NCBI GenBank assembly: GCA_965178125.1
Contig: OZ237741.1
Location: 1,054,001 to 1,118,000 of the forward strand
Reading direction: 5' to 3'
DNA length: 64,000 nt
Source: Bilabrum cf. latius
Taxonomy: Eukaryota
A program made the translations under genes and the position numbers. The notes beneath the pieces were generated by a model. It was given only the letters and a program-made list of their open reading frames with translations. It was not told the DNA's origin and did not search any database. Of this stretch, positions 12,276 to 23,663 are shown in pieces; positions within the stretch are counted from its first letter, which is position 1, and every line of letters begins with the position of its first letter.

Positions 12276-15200
12276 TCACGATTGCAGCAGCCTCCGCTGC
12301 TCATCGGTGAGTCCCTCCTCCTGATGCACATGGCCCCGTCTCTTTCTCCTCACTTTGACTGCCCTTGCACCGCCCATAAGGGGCTCGCCACCGCGCGGGG
12401 ACGCCACAGGAACGCCCGTCCCCCTACCTCCGGAATGTTTGCCACTAATGCTAGTCCTGGTCGCAGGTCTTTGGTCTGCGTCCAGCCCCTAAGCAATACC
12501 TGCAAGGTCTAGATCATCCCCATCAAGATCAGGGAGAGCACCTGTCGCCCGCAGCATCATCGTGGCCTGTGCCACACCTGCCTTCGTGCCCTCTTCCAAT
12601 GGAATCAACGCAGCCCCAGCATCAGCCGAAGCCGAAGCCCCACTCGCACTCTTCACTCCGCGAGAGCGTCCCAGCTCGCTACTGTGGACATTGCTAGAGT
12701 TGGAGTGTGTGGCTGCAATGTGAGCTAGCGCTGAAGCAAGAGTCAGCTCGACAATCGGCGACTAGTTCTAGCCTAGGAGCCTCGCTTTGGCAGCATTAGG
12801 CACCGGTCCATTCGACCCACCATTGATCGGCCCAGTAACGCCGGGAAAAAGGTTGGCAATACCGTCGGCACCAGCACCGCCAGCACTACCTGCCATTACG
12901 TCAGCAGCTGCAGCAGTAGCAGCAGGTGCAGATGCAGCCCCGAGCTCCCAGCCAGCGACAACGCCAGCCAGTCCAACGAGCAGGGTCGATAGGCCAGTAA
13001 TCGCTAGCCGGGCTGCCTTGCTGCGAGCACTTCCTTCATCCTCCTCCGCGAGGCTGTCTGCCATCGCCTGCAGTCCATGCGAAATCACGTCTCGTTTGTG
13101 CCTCTGCGATTCAATGTGCCGTGCGCCATCGCCCTTGGTGAAACTCCGAGTAGTATCCACCGACATGGCTGACTCGTTCATCGAGCTGTGGCTCCTTAGT
13201 CGAGTCTGTTTGTCCCTGCTCTCGTCTCCTAACGCCTTCTTTGGCCTGGCGTGGACGTGCGCGCCTGGCCCGATCGCAGAGGAGCTGTCAGACTCTGCCG
13301 ACCCCAGCCTTCTGAGACCCGCAAAGGACTTGAGGCCCTGCGGGCTGAGCGTGGCCATCGGAGACATGCGGGGCCTTGCTTCACCAGTCCCTGCCGCACC
13401 CTCACCCGCACTCGCTGGGACAGTCTCGCTGCTTTCCCTTGCGAGAAAGAGCCAACGCCGCACCGAGGGCCGCCGCATTGCAGTCGAGAAATTTCGCGAG
13501 GCAGGCAGTCTCCAGTGTCGAGCCAGCACCTCCCAACGAGCAGACACACTGATGGCCTTGTGAGCAAGCCGGTCCAACCTATCCCCGGAATGATCAGGGG
13601 CCTCGTTCCCGGCCTCATCGACGTAGGTCCAAGGCCACTGCGTGTCTCGAATCTGGACCCAGCTGGTGCGCGCGCTGGGGCGCCGCAGCGAGTCCAAGAA
13701 TGGATCTAAATGCGAATCTGGTAGCCTGCACGCAGCCTACGCCAATCGCGCGACTGCAGCCCGCCCCATCGCCAGTACGTCCTTTGGCCTGAGTCCCAGC
13801 GCAGCCGTGTGGGCGCATCGCGTGGCGTCGCAGGCCGCAGCAACGGCTCGAGATAGGCGCAGCAGCACGCTCAAGGTCGTCAGCTGGGCTTCCTTCGCCA
13901 TATTAGATCCGCTTCCCGCAAGGTGTTCGTCTGGTCGTCTCCACTGATGCACTGCCTTGCACCGCATGTCCAGCTATTTACGCTGCCAAGAGGACAAGGA
14001 GAGGGCGCCCGCGCCCCGGGCGTGTCCTTCCGACCTCACCATTGTCCGATCGTCGTCACCCTCTTCTGCATCCAAGAATTCGTCGCCCTCCAGCGCACTC
14101 GACGCGGCTCTGAGCAACTTCTCACCTTCGCTGGATGCGATCCCCGCAGTGATCGGCTCTTGCTGCGAGTGTGAGCTCTGGGACGGCGAGCCAGACGACT
14201 CCAAATGTGAGCCGATACCATGCTGCTGCTGCTACTACTGATGCTAGTAGTGATCCTCAATGAACTGGTTTAGTTGCTGCACCTAAAGGGGGCCACTTGG
14301 GGCGGCCTGGGACACTGCGTGCAATCCGGCTCCTTGAGAACCAACGGGCCGGCGAAGAACTGCCAGGGCCCGACTGACTATCGTCCTGGCAGGGACCAAT
14401 AGGTCGTCCTAGTCGCCGATTGTGTCGCTTTCCGCCTCAAGCCGCACCTGCAAGCCCACTAGCATGACTGGCCATGGTGATGAGCGGGCCGCTGCAGGGC
14501 CATGGTCGCACAGCGCGGCAGCGGCAGCAATTGCTGCAGCCAATGCTAGCCCCTCGTCCTGCTTGACCCGTCCTGCAGCGACATGGCTGGCGAGCAGAGC
14601 AGCCATGGTCCGCTCTGGATGCGCCGCACAGCTAAGAAAACTCTTGGCCTCAAGTGCATACCAATCAGCTGTGCGAGTTTCTGGGTGCTCCGAAGCATCC
14701 TGGTTCTGCTGGGCAGCAGCTAGTACGCAAGCCGTGCAAAGGACATACGCAGGTTGCAGCTAGTTTTCTGCATGCCCAGTTGCGCCAGAAGGATCACCGC
14801 TGCTGTTAGTAGATGTTATTCTCCGGTTGCTGCTCGTCGATCTCGAAGTCCTGAACACGGAGCTCCTCTGCAGGCTGGCTTTGCCCATCGCGTGTCGGTA
14901 CTGCCACTTTTTGGCTCCTGCCGCAAATATTTCGGCGAGCGCGCGGCTCACTAGCACCTCAGCATCCTTCGCTAGAACCTTCCAGGCGTCGACGCCATTA
15001 TCTGCCCAGAGCCTGTCCGCAAGCTCGGCCGCCGTGCTGCCTGACTCCCCGGGCCGACACCCGGCATTGATAGCATGAGTCATTGAAAGGACTTCTCGCA
15101 AACAGCTTTTGTGCGCTACGACAAGCGCTCGGTCATCCGTGCCGTCGACCAGCAGAGATGCACTGAGTCGGAGCACATGAGGTAGGGCGGCACCCCCTTG

Positions 15201-17939
15201 TTCCCTGTCCAGAGCAAGCCAGCACGCGGGTCCGAACTCCCGCCACAGGGCCTTGGCCGCTCCTCGCTCCGTGAGGGTGCCTTGGAATTCCTGTTGAGAA
15301 TCGTCCGATCCACCAGATGCATCGAAGTCTGCATCATCGACCCCTCTAGACACAGTAGCGCTATAGCGCTGCAGCTCGATCAGGTGCAGCCTCCTGGCAT
15401 GGCGTCTTGCAACCATCAATGTATCAGGCTCGATTGAAGGGCCATCTAGAGCGTTTGAAACAGATGTTTCAGGCTGCATAATCTGTCCCGACTGATAAAG
15501 GGACGTCTCCTCGGCAGCTGCCGATCGAGCTGCACCGGACTCAGCAGAAGATCGCCTCCTCGGAGTGAAGGCCCCACCGGCCTGTGACTCGCCGTGTGCG
15601 AGGCCAGCTGCCTCTGCCAGCTATAGAGTGCCCTTTCGTTCCATGATGCGACCAGCTGGCTGCCCATCTAAAACCACGGCAGACCCGCCTTCTCCCTTGA
15701 GGCCAATATGTGCGCGAGCTCCACCGGGCGGTGAGAGGGGTGGAGAGACGCCAGGACTGCTATCCGGAGAGCTGCCCGGACTAGCCACTAGACGAATCTC
15801 CGGGAGAGCACCTGACTTCTAAATAAGTGAAGAAGACTTGTCATGATCGCTCTATAGATTTGACGTTGCCTATTTCGATGGTGTTGCGATGACGGTAGCT
15901 TGCGGCAGAGCAGTCGGCGCCCGAGGGAGTGCCGTTGGAGGGTTGGTGTGCTTCCCACTGCCAATGGACGAGGGCATGCCGCCCCCTGATCGGTTGCTTG
16001 TCGCTTTTACAGGACCGCGTTTCACGAGTGACATGCCCTGTGCAATGCTGCCCCACAGCAGCGGTTGCTCTGTCCGTGTTACTGCCGTGACAGGGCCTCC
16101 GTGACGCGAGTCGGAAGCATCTCCATGCTAAACCTGCACAGCCGCCGCTAGCAAGGACTTCAGGCTACTGGAAGTCGAGCCCGAATCCTGCAATCGTTGC
16201 ATCTCGGACAATTTCATGGGTCGCTTGGACCTGTACCCAGCCTCAGTGACAGCAACAGCAGAAGGCAGCTCGCCCTGCAATCCTGCAACAGCAGAAGGCA
16301 GCTCGCCCTGCAATCCTGCAACAGCAGAAGGCAGCTCGCCCTGCAATCCTGCAACAGCAGAGGGCAGCTCGCTCTGCAATCCTGGAAACTCGCCCTGCAA
16401 TCCTGGAAACTCGCCCTGCAATCCTGGAAACTCGCCCTGCAATCCTGGAAACTCGCCCTGCAATCCTGGAAACTCGCCCTGCAATCCTGGAAACTCGCCC
16501 TCGCCTCCGGCCTCAATGCCGGATGAAGCGGCAGATTGCGCCCCGGCTTGGCCTCCTATCGAGTCAGCACGCAGAGATTCATCGCTGCTCGGCAGTTGGT
16601 CCTCTTGTTGGAAGCATTGGTCGAGCTCGTCTGCCTCTACAAGCGGCACGGGGAGCCCTTCCAGCCACTCAGCCAGCAGCACGACGAGCGCTTCGGGCTC
16701 GCTGCTGTCGGGGAACAAATCCCACTCTCCGCGCTCCAGGCCCTGCCGCACCTCCTGTAGCCGTGTGTCCAGCCCCGCAGAAGCCCGCATTCCCAGCCTC
16801 TTTGTCCCAACGACGCATGCAAGCACCCAGGCCAGCTTTGGCACAGACCCTGTGGCCTCTGCCAGGGCATCCTCTAGGTTCTCGCAGGCCTCCAGTACCG
16901 TCCGGGGAACAAATGCGAGCCGGCGCTGGTCGCGACCATGAAGAAACTGCTGCTACGCGCTGACCACCGCAGCCATTGCCTCCGCGGCTTGTTCCCTGTC
17001 GATCGCAGTGGTGGTGGTGCTCGAGCCTGATGTGGCGGCGAGGGGTGCCACGGCGGCTGGGTCCCGGCGCTGCCCGCTCGTTCCGCTGGCCGACGGTTTG
17101 GGCACAAACGCGATGCTTCCGGCGACTGATTTCCGCACTTGGGTGAGGTGCTCCTGGAACTTGTGCACGAACGACACCTGGCTGCTCGTTTGGACCGTGC
17201 CTGGCCTCTCCTTGCGACAGAACGCGACTGCCTCCTCGGCCGTGTCAAAGACCCTGGCGTACAAAAAGTAGCAAGCGATCGCAAGGCCTGTTCGGCCATA
17301 TCCGGCATGACAGTGCACAGCAACTTTTTTCTTGCTGACCCTGATGGCAAAATCGATTGCCTGCGCGATATCCATCGCCATATCGAGGGAGGGCCGCATC
17401 ATGTCTTCCCAACCGAAATTGAAGAACGCGATGCCTCGCTCTTCAAAAGTTGATGGTTCGTACGAGAAGCCAGACGGTTGCAGTCCATCGCCACACCAAG
17501 GGTGCTCGCCTGGCTCCTACAAGTTTATAATGGCTCCTACGTTGAGTCGAATCATCGCACTCAGCGCCCCAGCTTCCCTTAATGTGCGCTCTGAGGGACG
17601 CTGCATCCCAATGATATCTTTTCCTACCCACTACGAATGCAAAAACGGTATCGCTTCTGTCCCACCAAGCTACTTGTATGCATTTACACCACAGCGCCTG
17701 CACCAATAGCTGCCACAGAACGTACAACGAAGGAGCAGCTTTTGTGACCATGGCTCAAGTTCATACCCTGCCAACGCTGGCCCTCTGGGCTAGATGCGAA
17801 ATCTGAAAGATTCACCTTTTGATAGCCCGTTCCGCGCAGCATCCCCGTCTCCTTGTGGTTTCGCGGTGTTTTCAGCTTCAAGAGGGTCCTTTGGGGTATC
17901 CAAGCTCCCTACATGGATCGGAGTGACCTTAGATGACAT
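12276..17939 (-). CDS. PTPDC1: ~1887-aa PTPDC1-like dual-specificity protein phosphatase with long low-complexity C-terminus
   Basis: ATG 17939 to TGA 12276 in one frame with only TAG interruptions. Motifs: CTFCGSYWC, LHS*WVGKDIIGMQRPS, IINL*EPGEHPWCGDGL..SGFSYEP, FFNFGWED, catalytic VAVHCHAGYGRTG, RPGTVQT. Confidence 0.88.
16252..16500. repeat. Coding compound minisatellite: ~4 x 33 bp (LQGELPSAVAG) plus ~6 x 21 bp (LQGEFPG)
   Basis: Directly visible tandem units that share the core ctcgccctgcaatcctg; no spacers. Confidence 0.92.
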
Positions 17940-18067
17940 TGGTTGCAGCAAATGGCGCAAAAAATTTGCACGCTCGTGTGAATTGAGTCAATACAATGTG
18001 CAATCGAAACAAGTTGCAGATGCACTCGTCACGGGCTTGCGACCACAGTAGATCTAAGCCGGCGGGA

Positions 18068-19918
18068 TCAAGCGGTGGGGTCATACGTCCTGCAAGACCC
18101 CCCCCCTTCACACACATTGCCCTGCATGGACACATCGGTGCACGACTTCGACACGCCAAAGTCTCCAGGGCCCGGCGGAGACCCGCCCACTCGATCCACT
18201 CGGCAGCTGTCAATGGTGAGGCCAGCGACTCCGATGGCCCGCACGCCCGCCTGCCCGTTGTCGGGAACAAAGGTCACGCCGCGCACGGTCACGTTCCTGT
18301 GCTGTGTCCCCACGATGGGGACAATCCCCTTGGTGCTTGAGGGGCGCCCCCCCTCCCATGCAGGCACCTAAGCCGCAAAGTACACGTCCGCCCCATTGGA
18401 GGCGGCCCCGTAGCTGCATCCCAGCACCTGCGAGTCCTCCAAGGTCCAGTTGCCCCTGGACACCACGTCTGCCTCGAACCAGTGCACCCCGGCATCGGGC
18501 ATCACCTGGATCGCAGGCCCGGAGGTCTGGTTGAATACGCAGCCCTGCACGGCAACATTGCTTGCCTTCAGAATGGCGCCGCGCGCCCTGTTCCGCTCGA
18601 ATCGATTGTTCCTCAGCGTGATGGACCTCGGTTGGTTGTTCAGGTTCAGCACCAGGTCCCAGACGCCGGTGCCCATGCCCGCTGGTACCGGCAGGGGGGC
18701 CGAGAAATTGATCCAGCCGTGGACGGGGTGCGGGCCCGGGCTAGCCAGGGCCACTGCGCCGGGGCCCATTCCGTATGCCTTAAATGTGGAACGGTTGTAG
18801 AAGAGGAGTGAGTCCCCCACTTCGCCCACGAAGGGGTTCATGGCCCCCCTCTGCCACACCTGGGCCGATTTCCGGTCGGGCGAGATGACCCGCATCTCCC
18901 AGTACCTCGAAGGGATGTTGATTCCGTCGTCTCCCTGCCCCTCGTACACGGTGTTGGAGATGTGCACGTCCCCGCCGCGGCAGCTCGTCAGGTGGGTGCC
19001 GTCTGCCGTGATGGACATGGGTCGCAGGACGCAGGCACCGCCGCTGGATACCGCGGAGTCGCATTTTTTCTTGATCTGAAGGCCGTCGATTTCCACTCCG
19101 GTGCATGCCTCGCATACGATGCCCATGCCTGGCACCGTCCACAGGGTTACGTTGCTCACCTGGAAGCCTTGCACCGCGCTGCCGGTGATTCCGTTCAGGC
19201 CGTACACCTGGTGCCGCAATATGTACCACGCATCGTCGCCCGTAGGCATGTTCTTAACGTCCTCCAAGAACACTTGCACCGGGGCAGGTGATCCATGTTC
19301 GGAGCGACCCGGCAGCCAGGCCAGTGTCTTTTGAGCTGGTGGCAAGAAGTAGTCGTCCACGCCCGCTGCAGCTGGACGCTATCGCATCATATCATACTGC
19401 AATACAGACTGCACAAAGTTAACCCAAGGCGTTGCCCCAAGAGACGTCGCTCCAGCGGGAGCTGGGTAGCGAGCTGGATCCTCAACAGTTAAGAACGTCC
19501 CGCTGCTGTTGGCAGCAGTTGCCCTGGCCAGCGTATAAGGAAGCCTGGCCATATCAACCTCAAAGTCCTTGAAAATCACACCTGTACCACCGTATGCCGA
19601 AAACAGCCCTGTAAGTCCTTGCAGCATGAGTGTGCTGGATCTGCCGTCGAACGTGAAGGGATGCATCGATGAACCAGGTGGAATGTTTATGCTGAGAATC
19701 GAGCCTGAGCCATCGCTGCCCGGCAGCGGGTACACTGCAGACTAATCCAACATGACAGTGCAAGGGGCGGAGGAGACTGAACCAGCACACCGATCTATTG
19801 CGGCCTGGATCTCGGTTGTGCACGAGCCGCTCGCCGCACACGAAGACGCGACGGGCACGACAGTCGAAGAAACAAAAGTGGCAGCCGTGAGTAGCAGGAC
19901 TATGGTGCCAGATATCAT
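18068..19918 (-). CDS. 616-aa secreted GH110-like (alpha-1,3-galactosidase family) right-handed beta-helix glycosidase
   Basis: Signal-peptide-like MISGTIVLLLTAATFVSS. GH110-type motifs ADGTHLTSCRG..HISNTVYEGQGDDGINI and NNRFERNRARGAILK. Three in-frame TAGs (19742, 19379, 18368); TGA stop at 18068. Confidence 0.75.
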
Positions 19919-20025
19919 CTTGGAGGACCGAAACAAGAGTGTTGCCCCCGTTCATCAGTGTGCGGAACCGCCTCAAGGAAATCGGCGCCGCGCAACACAC
20001 AACAAAAGCAGTTCTGCGCGATTGC

Positions 20026-22245
20026 TCATATTTCTCGGCCTCGGAGCAGCTTTGAGGCAAGCAGAAGCGCCCGAGGGACGTGAAATGCCCCCTTGTACGC
20101 GCCCCCAACGAACGAGTGGGTCGGCCGCCCGTCTCTCGAGACATACCCCAGCCACTCGCCCCCTACCCTGTCCCTGGCACCATCACCCACTAGCTACGTG
20201 GCGGGGTTGGCTGGCTTGTCGTCCGTCCCACTCGATCCACCTTTTGGCCCTGCAAGCGCTTGCAAGCGGCCCGATGGCCGGGTCGCGATGTGCTCGTCGA
20301 TCCATCGGGCTGCAAGGGCGGCCAACTCAAGCCAGGGGGTCCCGCCCTATTTCTCTTTCTCTTCATCTTCATCTTTAGCCTTAGCTTCATCTTCGCTCTT
20401 CCCGCCTTCGCCGCTTGCGGGCAAATCGCTCGCCACAAGACCGGCGCCGGCACCCCTGCCAGCCAGCGCGTGTCCCATGCTGCACGCAACCAACGCCTCA
20501 CAGTGAGGCCACCACAGCTTCATGTCCCACTCCAGCTACTGGGGACACACACCACCGGCATCCAGGAAGTACAGAATGCCGCCCTCTCCGCCGGGCCTCT
20601 CCCTGGCGAGCAGCCTGCCTCGATTGATCAGGGCGGCCACACTACGAGCAGCCCTTGTGGACGCTGCGTGCGGCCCCGCCCTCTCCATGCCGCCCTCCCC
20701 CACGATAGCACAAATCGCAGGGGGTGTATCACCGTCCCAGCCAGCGGCGAAACATGTTGCGATTGTTCGCAAGCACCTGGCTCGTATGGTGACAGCAGCA
20801 GCGGCGGCGGCATCGGCACCGGCAACACTGGAGCTCGGGTCCCTCGATGGAGCAGCAGCAGTCGTAGTTGCTGCACCGGCAGCTGCAGCAGCGCTATCAC
20901 CCGTAGATTTTTCAGAACCGGATCCAGACCGTCCCCTCATTCTGCGCTCCAGCCCCAGCACATCGGCTGCTTCCTCCGGGTACTTTGACAGGTAGTCCAG
21001 CATGAACCAGCCCGCCTCGATCGCGTGACCAGGGTTGAACTGCCTGCTGCCCGCAGTCGACAGGTCGTGCGTGCCATCCGATCGCACGCACTCTAGCATG
21101 ATACCATTGCCGCTGCCTCCATCCAGCTGGTGCAGAAGCACTGCGGCCGCCATCTCAACCCGCTGCTGCTTCCCAGTCAGCCCCTTGAATGCGTCCACCT
21201 CCTCCTCGGCACCGTGCTGCAAAAAGTCCATCATCACTGACAGAGAAATCATCGGAACAGCCAGTGGCCACGCATGCGATGCACCGTGTGACGAGTGCAC
21301 CGGCCTGCCAAGCGCGGCGGGGTCTTTGCTCCACGCAAGCACCCTGCGAAACAACCCGCCTGCAGCGCATTGCAGAGCATCGTGCGTCCGCTCCCACGAG
21401 ACTGCACCGGTGGTGCCCGCCCCCTGTGCCGCACTCGCCCCAGCTTCATCTGAAGCTTCATCTGAAGTGGCAGCGGCAGTGGCAGCGGCAGTCGCAGCAG
21501 AGCCTTGCGCGGCGAGGGAAGGGGCCAACCCCGCTCCCGCCAGTCCGCTCTCCAGCCCTACCAAGGCATCCTCCCAGTACTTGCACACCGTCTTGTTGAA
21601 TGAGGACTCTTCGGTGGCACCTAGGGCAGACTTATTGGACGGGTCACAACCTGTGCCACGAGCACCGCTGGCATGGGCGCCTGCAGTGCAGAGCGCTTTC
21701 AGAGCCCGGGCTGTTTCTGCGAATGCCATTGCCACGAAGCACGCTCCAAACACTTTCCTCTGCTCTCCAGCCACGGCTCCATCTCGTGTCAACGCGAAAT
21801 AAACGCGGCCCGCCCCGTGGCCGTCATCCGGGGCATCCTACCTTCGAATCGCGTGCTGCGCAAGAAAGCTGCAACCTCGCAGAGCCGACAAGAGGAGCAA
21901 CGCGCGGCATTCGCCAGCATCCTTCGGGATGAACGGTAGATCCGCTTTGGTGGTGGACGATAGCTCTGGCGTCGAGGTGCTCCGTACAAGTGGTGAAAAC
22001 GACTCGATCGATTGCTGTAGCCCGTCCGCAGTAGCTTCCAATGCTAGCTTCGAGAACATCCAGCACTGCCTGCCCTGCAACCATACATGCTTTGTTGTCT
22101 CAGTGATTACCCCATCGCCATCAACGTTGTTGAAAAAGCCCCCAATAGTGAAGTCAATAGTGTGCCCGATCCAAAAGGGTAGAACTCCACGGTACAGCTA
22201 ATTATCGCACCATCGTGCCAATTCATCAGAGGGAGTTGTTGCCAT
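20026..22245 (-). CDS. RENBP: 739-aa N-acylglucosamine 2-epimerase (AGE / renin-binding protein family) with Ala/Gly-rich insertions
   Basis: Motifs VLPFW...GGFFNNVDGDG, KHVWLQGRQCWM, NPGHAIEAGWF, GGILYFLDA..CPQ*LEWDMKLWWPHCEA and GEWLGY...KGAFHVPRAL, all in one frame across TAGs; TGA stop at 20026. Confidence 0.92.
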
Positions 22246-22424
22246 TGTAATTTCACGTGTCTGGATATTATCACGCTGGCACGCTTTGCGACTATATCGA
22301 TCTTCGCCCTTCGAGTCCTGCGCCGGTATTTGAGGTTCCGCAAGACCCCAGGTGGTAGCAGCAGGCTCAAATTGACCCCTAAGGGTATCACAATGCCTGA
22401 TTATTGTTGATTCGTTCTGATTCT

Positions 22425-23447
22425 ATGGCGTAGGTTGGGCGGAGGGGTCTTGCAGCAGATAGTTCTGAGGCGGATGGCTCGCCCGGGAGCAAGCCTGCTG
22501 AACCAACTGCAACAGCTGCGGCAATCAAGGACCCGAGGGGATACCTATCGGCGTATTGGCCAGAAGTACCCGATTCAGAGTGTAAATTCATATTGACGTT
22601 CTTGCACGGTGTATACGAGGAGGTTTCATTGTAGGTTGGGGCACTTGAAGTTGATTCGGTGCAGCTTGCCGAAATAGGAGGCGGCCCAATTGTGGACAAA
22701 CTGATCAGTGCTAGCAGAGTCGCAACGTCTATTTTTCATCTCGACGCATCTACAGACTCGCTGTTGGAAGTTCAGAAGGTTTGCAATGGCTCGCCAGATG
22801 CGTTCGACTGGGGTACTAGGTTCCAGTACATTGCGGCTTTGGAGGGCAGCACAGCCACAGACGTTCGAGCTCGTTTCATTGAGACCCCGCTTAAAACTGG
22901 TTTGATCAACTTATTCGCTAGCTAGGGATTAGAGTCCTAGCTTCCCGCCGGTTTCCACTAGGCTCATTGCGGCGGGACCAGCGATGCATCAAGAAGCCCT
23001 GCCAGGGGCGTGCGAATCGTGTCGTCCCACTCTGTCGCAGAGTGCATCACTCAGTCCATGAAGGACTTCAGAATGGTGCTGGGGCGAATTGCTGGGCTGT
23101 GCTGCGAGCCAGGGGACCACCTGATCATGTCCGTTAACACCAACACCACCGAGTGGTCGGGAGGAGATCGCAGCATCCCGGCAACCCCTGTGACCAGGGA
23201 ACAAGTGCTCGAACTGCTAGGTTCGCTTGGCTTCCAAATTATGCGAACAGCGGAGCACACCACCGATGAGGAAGAGGACACTGCGATGCCATCCACAGTG
23301 GCTCTGTGGGCAGTCAAGGGTGACGACACGGAGGAGGCAGCCACAGGCGCGGGCAGCAAGACCCCTGCAGAGGCCACGGCAATCAGTGCCGGTGGCTGTA
23401 CAGACCCCGAGTCCATCGGGGCGAAGACGGGCGGCGAGGCAGAATGA
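22425..23447 (+). CDS. 340-aa NNMT/PNMT/TEMT-family small-molecule N-methyltransferase
   Basis: Motifs DPRGYLSAYW, LAEIGGGP...LISAS (SAM motif I) and AFDWG....YIAALEG. The first ATG is 22425 (ATG GCG TAG GTT). Five in-frame TAGs; TGA stop at 23445-23447. Confidence 0.8.
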
Positions 23448-23663
23448 GACCTAGCACGCCAGCAGCACACTGCAGTGAGAATGCCGCTGGAGAGCACTGC
23501 TAGCAGGATACCGATCAAGTGAGCTCTTTTGCGAGTCGAATTTTGAGTCCCGCCCCAGATCGGGTGGAATGCTTGGTCGTATCCATATGTAGGAAAGATG
23601 AATCAAATCACATCGTTCTCATGTATCCATGACATGTATCATGCCCGGCCGCGACGATTGGGA

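Noticed and set aside
16252-16500. CRISPR array
   Set aside because: Head-to-tail repeats without unique spacers, in frame within a coding sequence.
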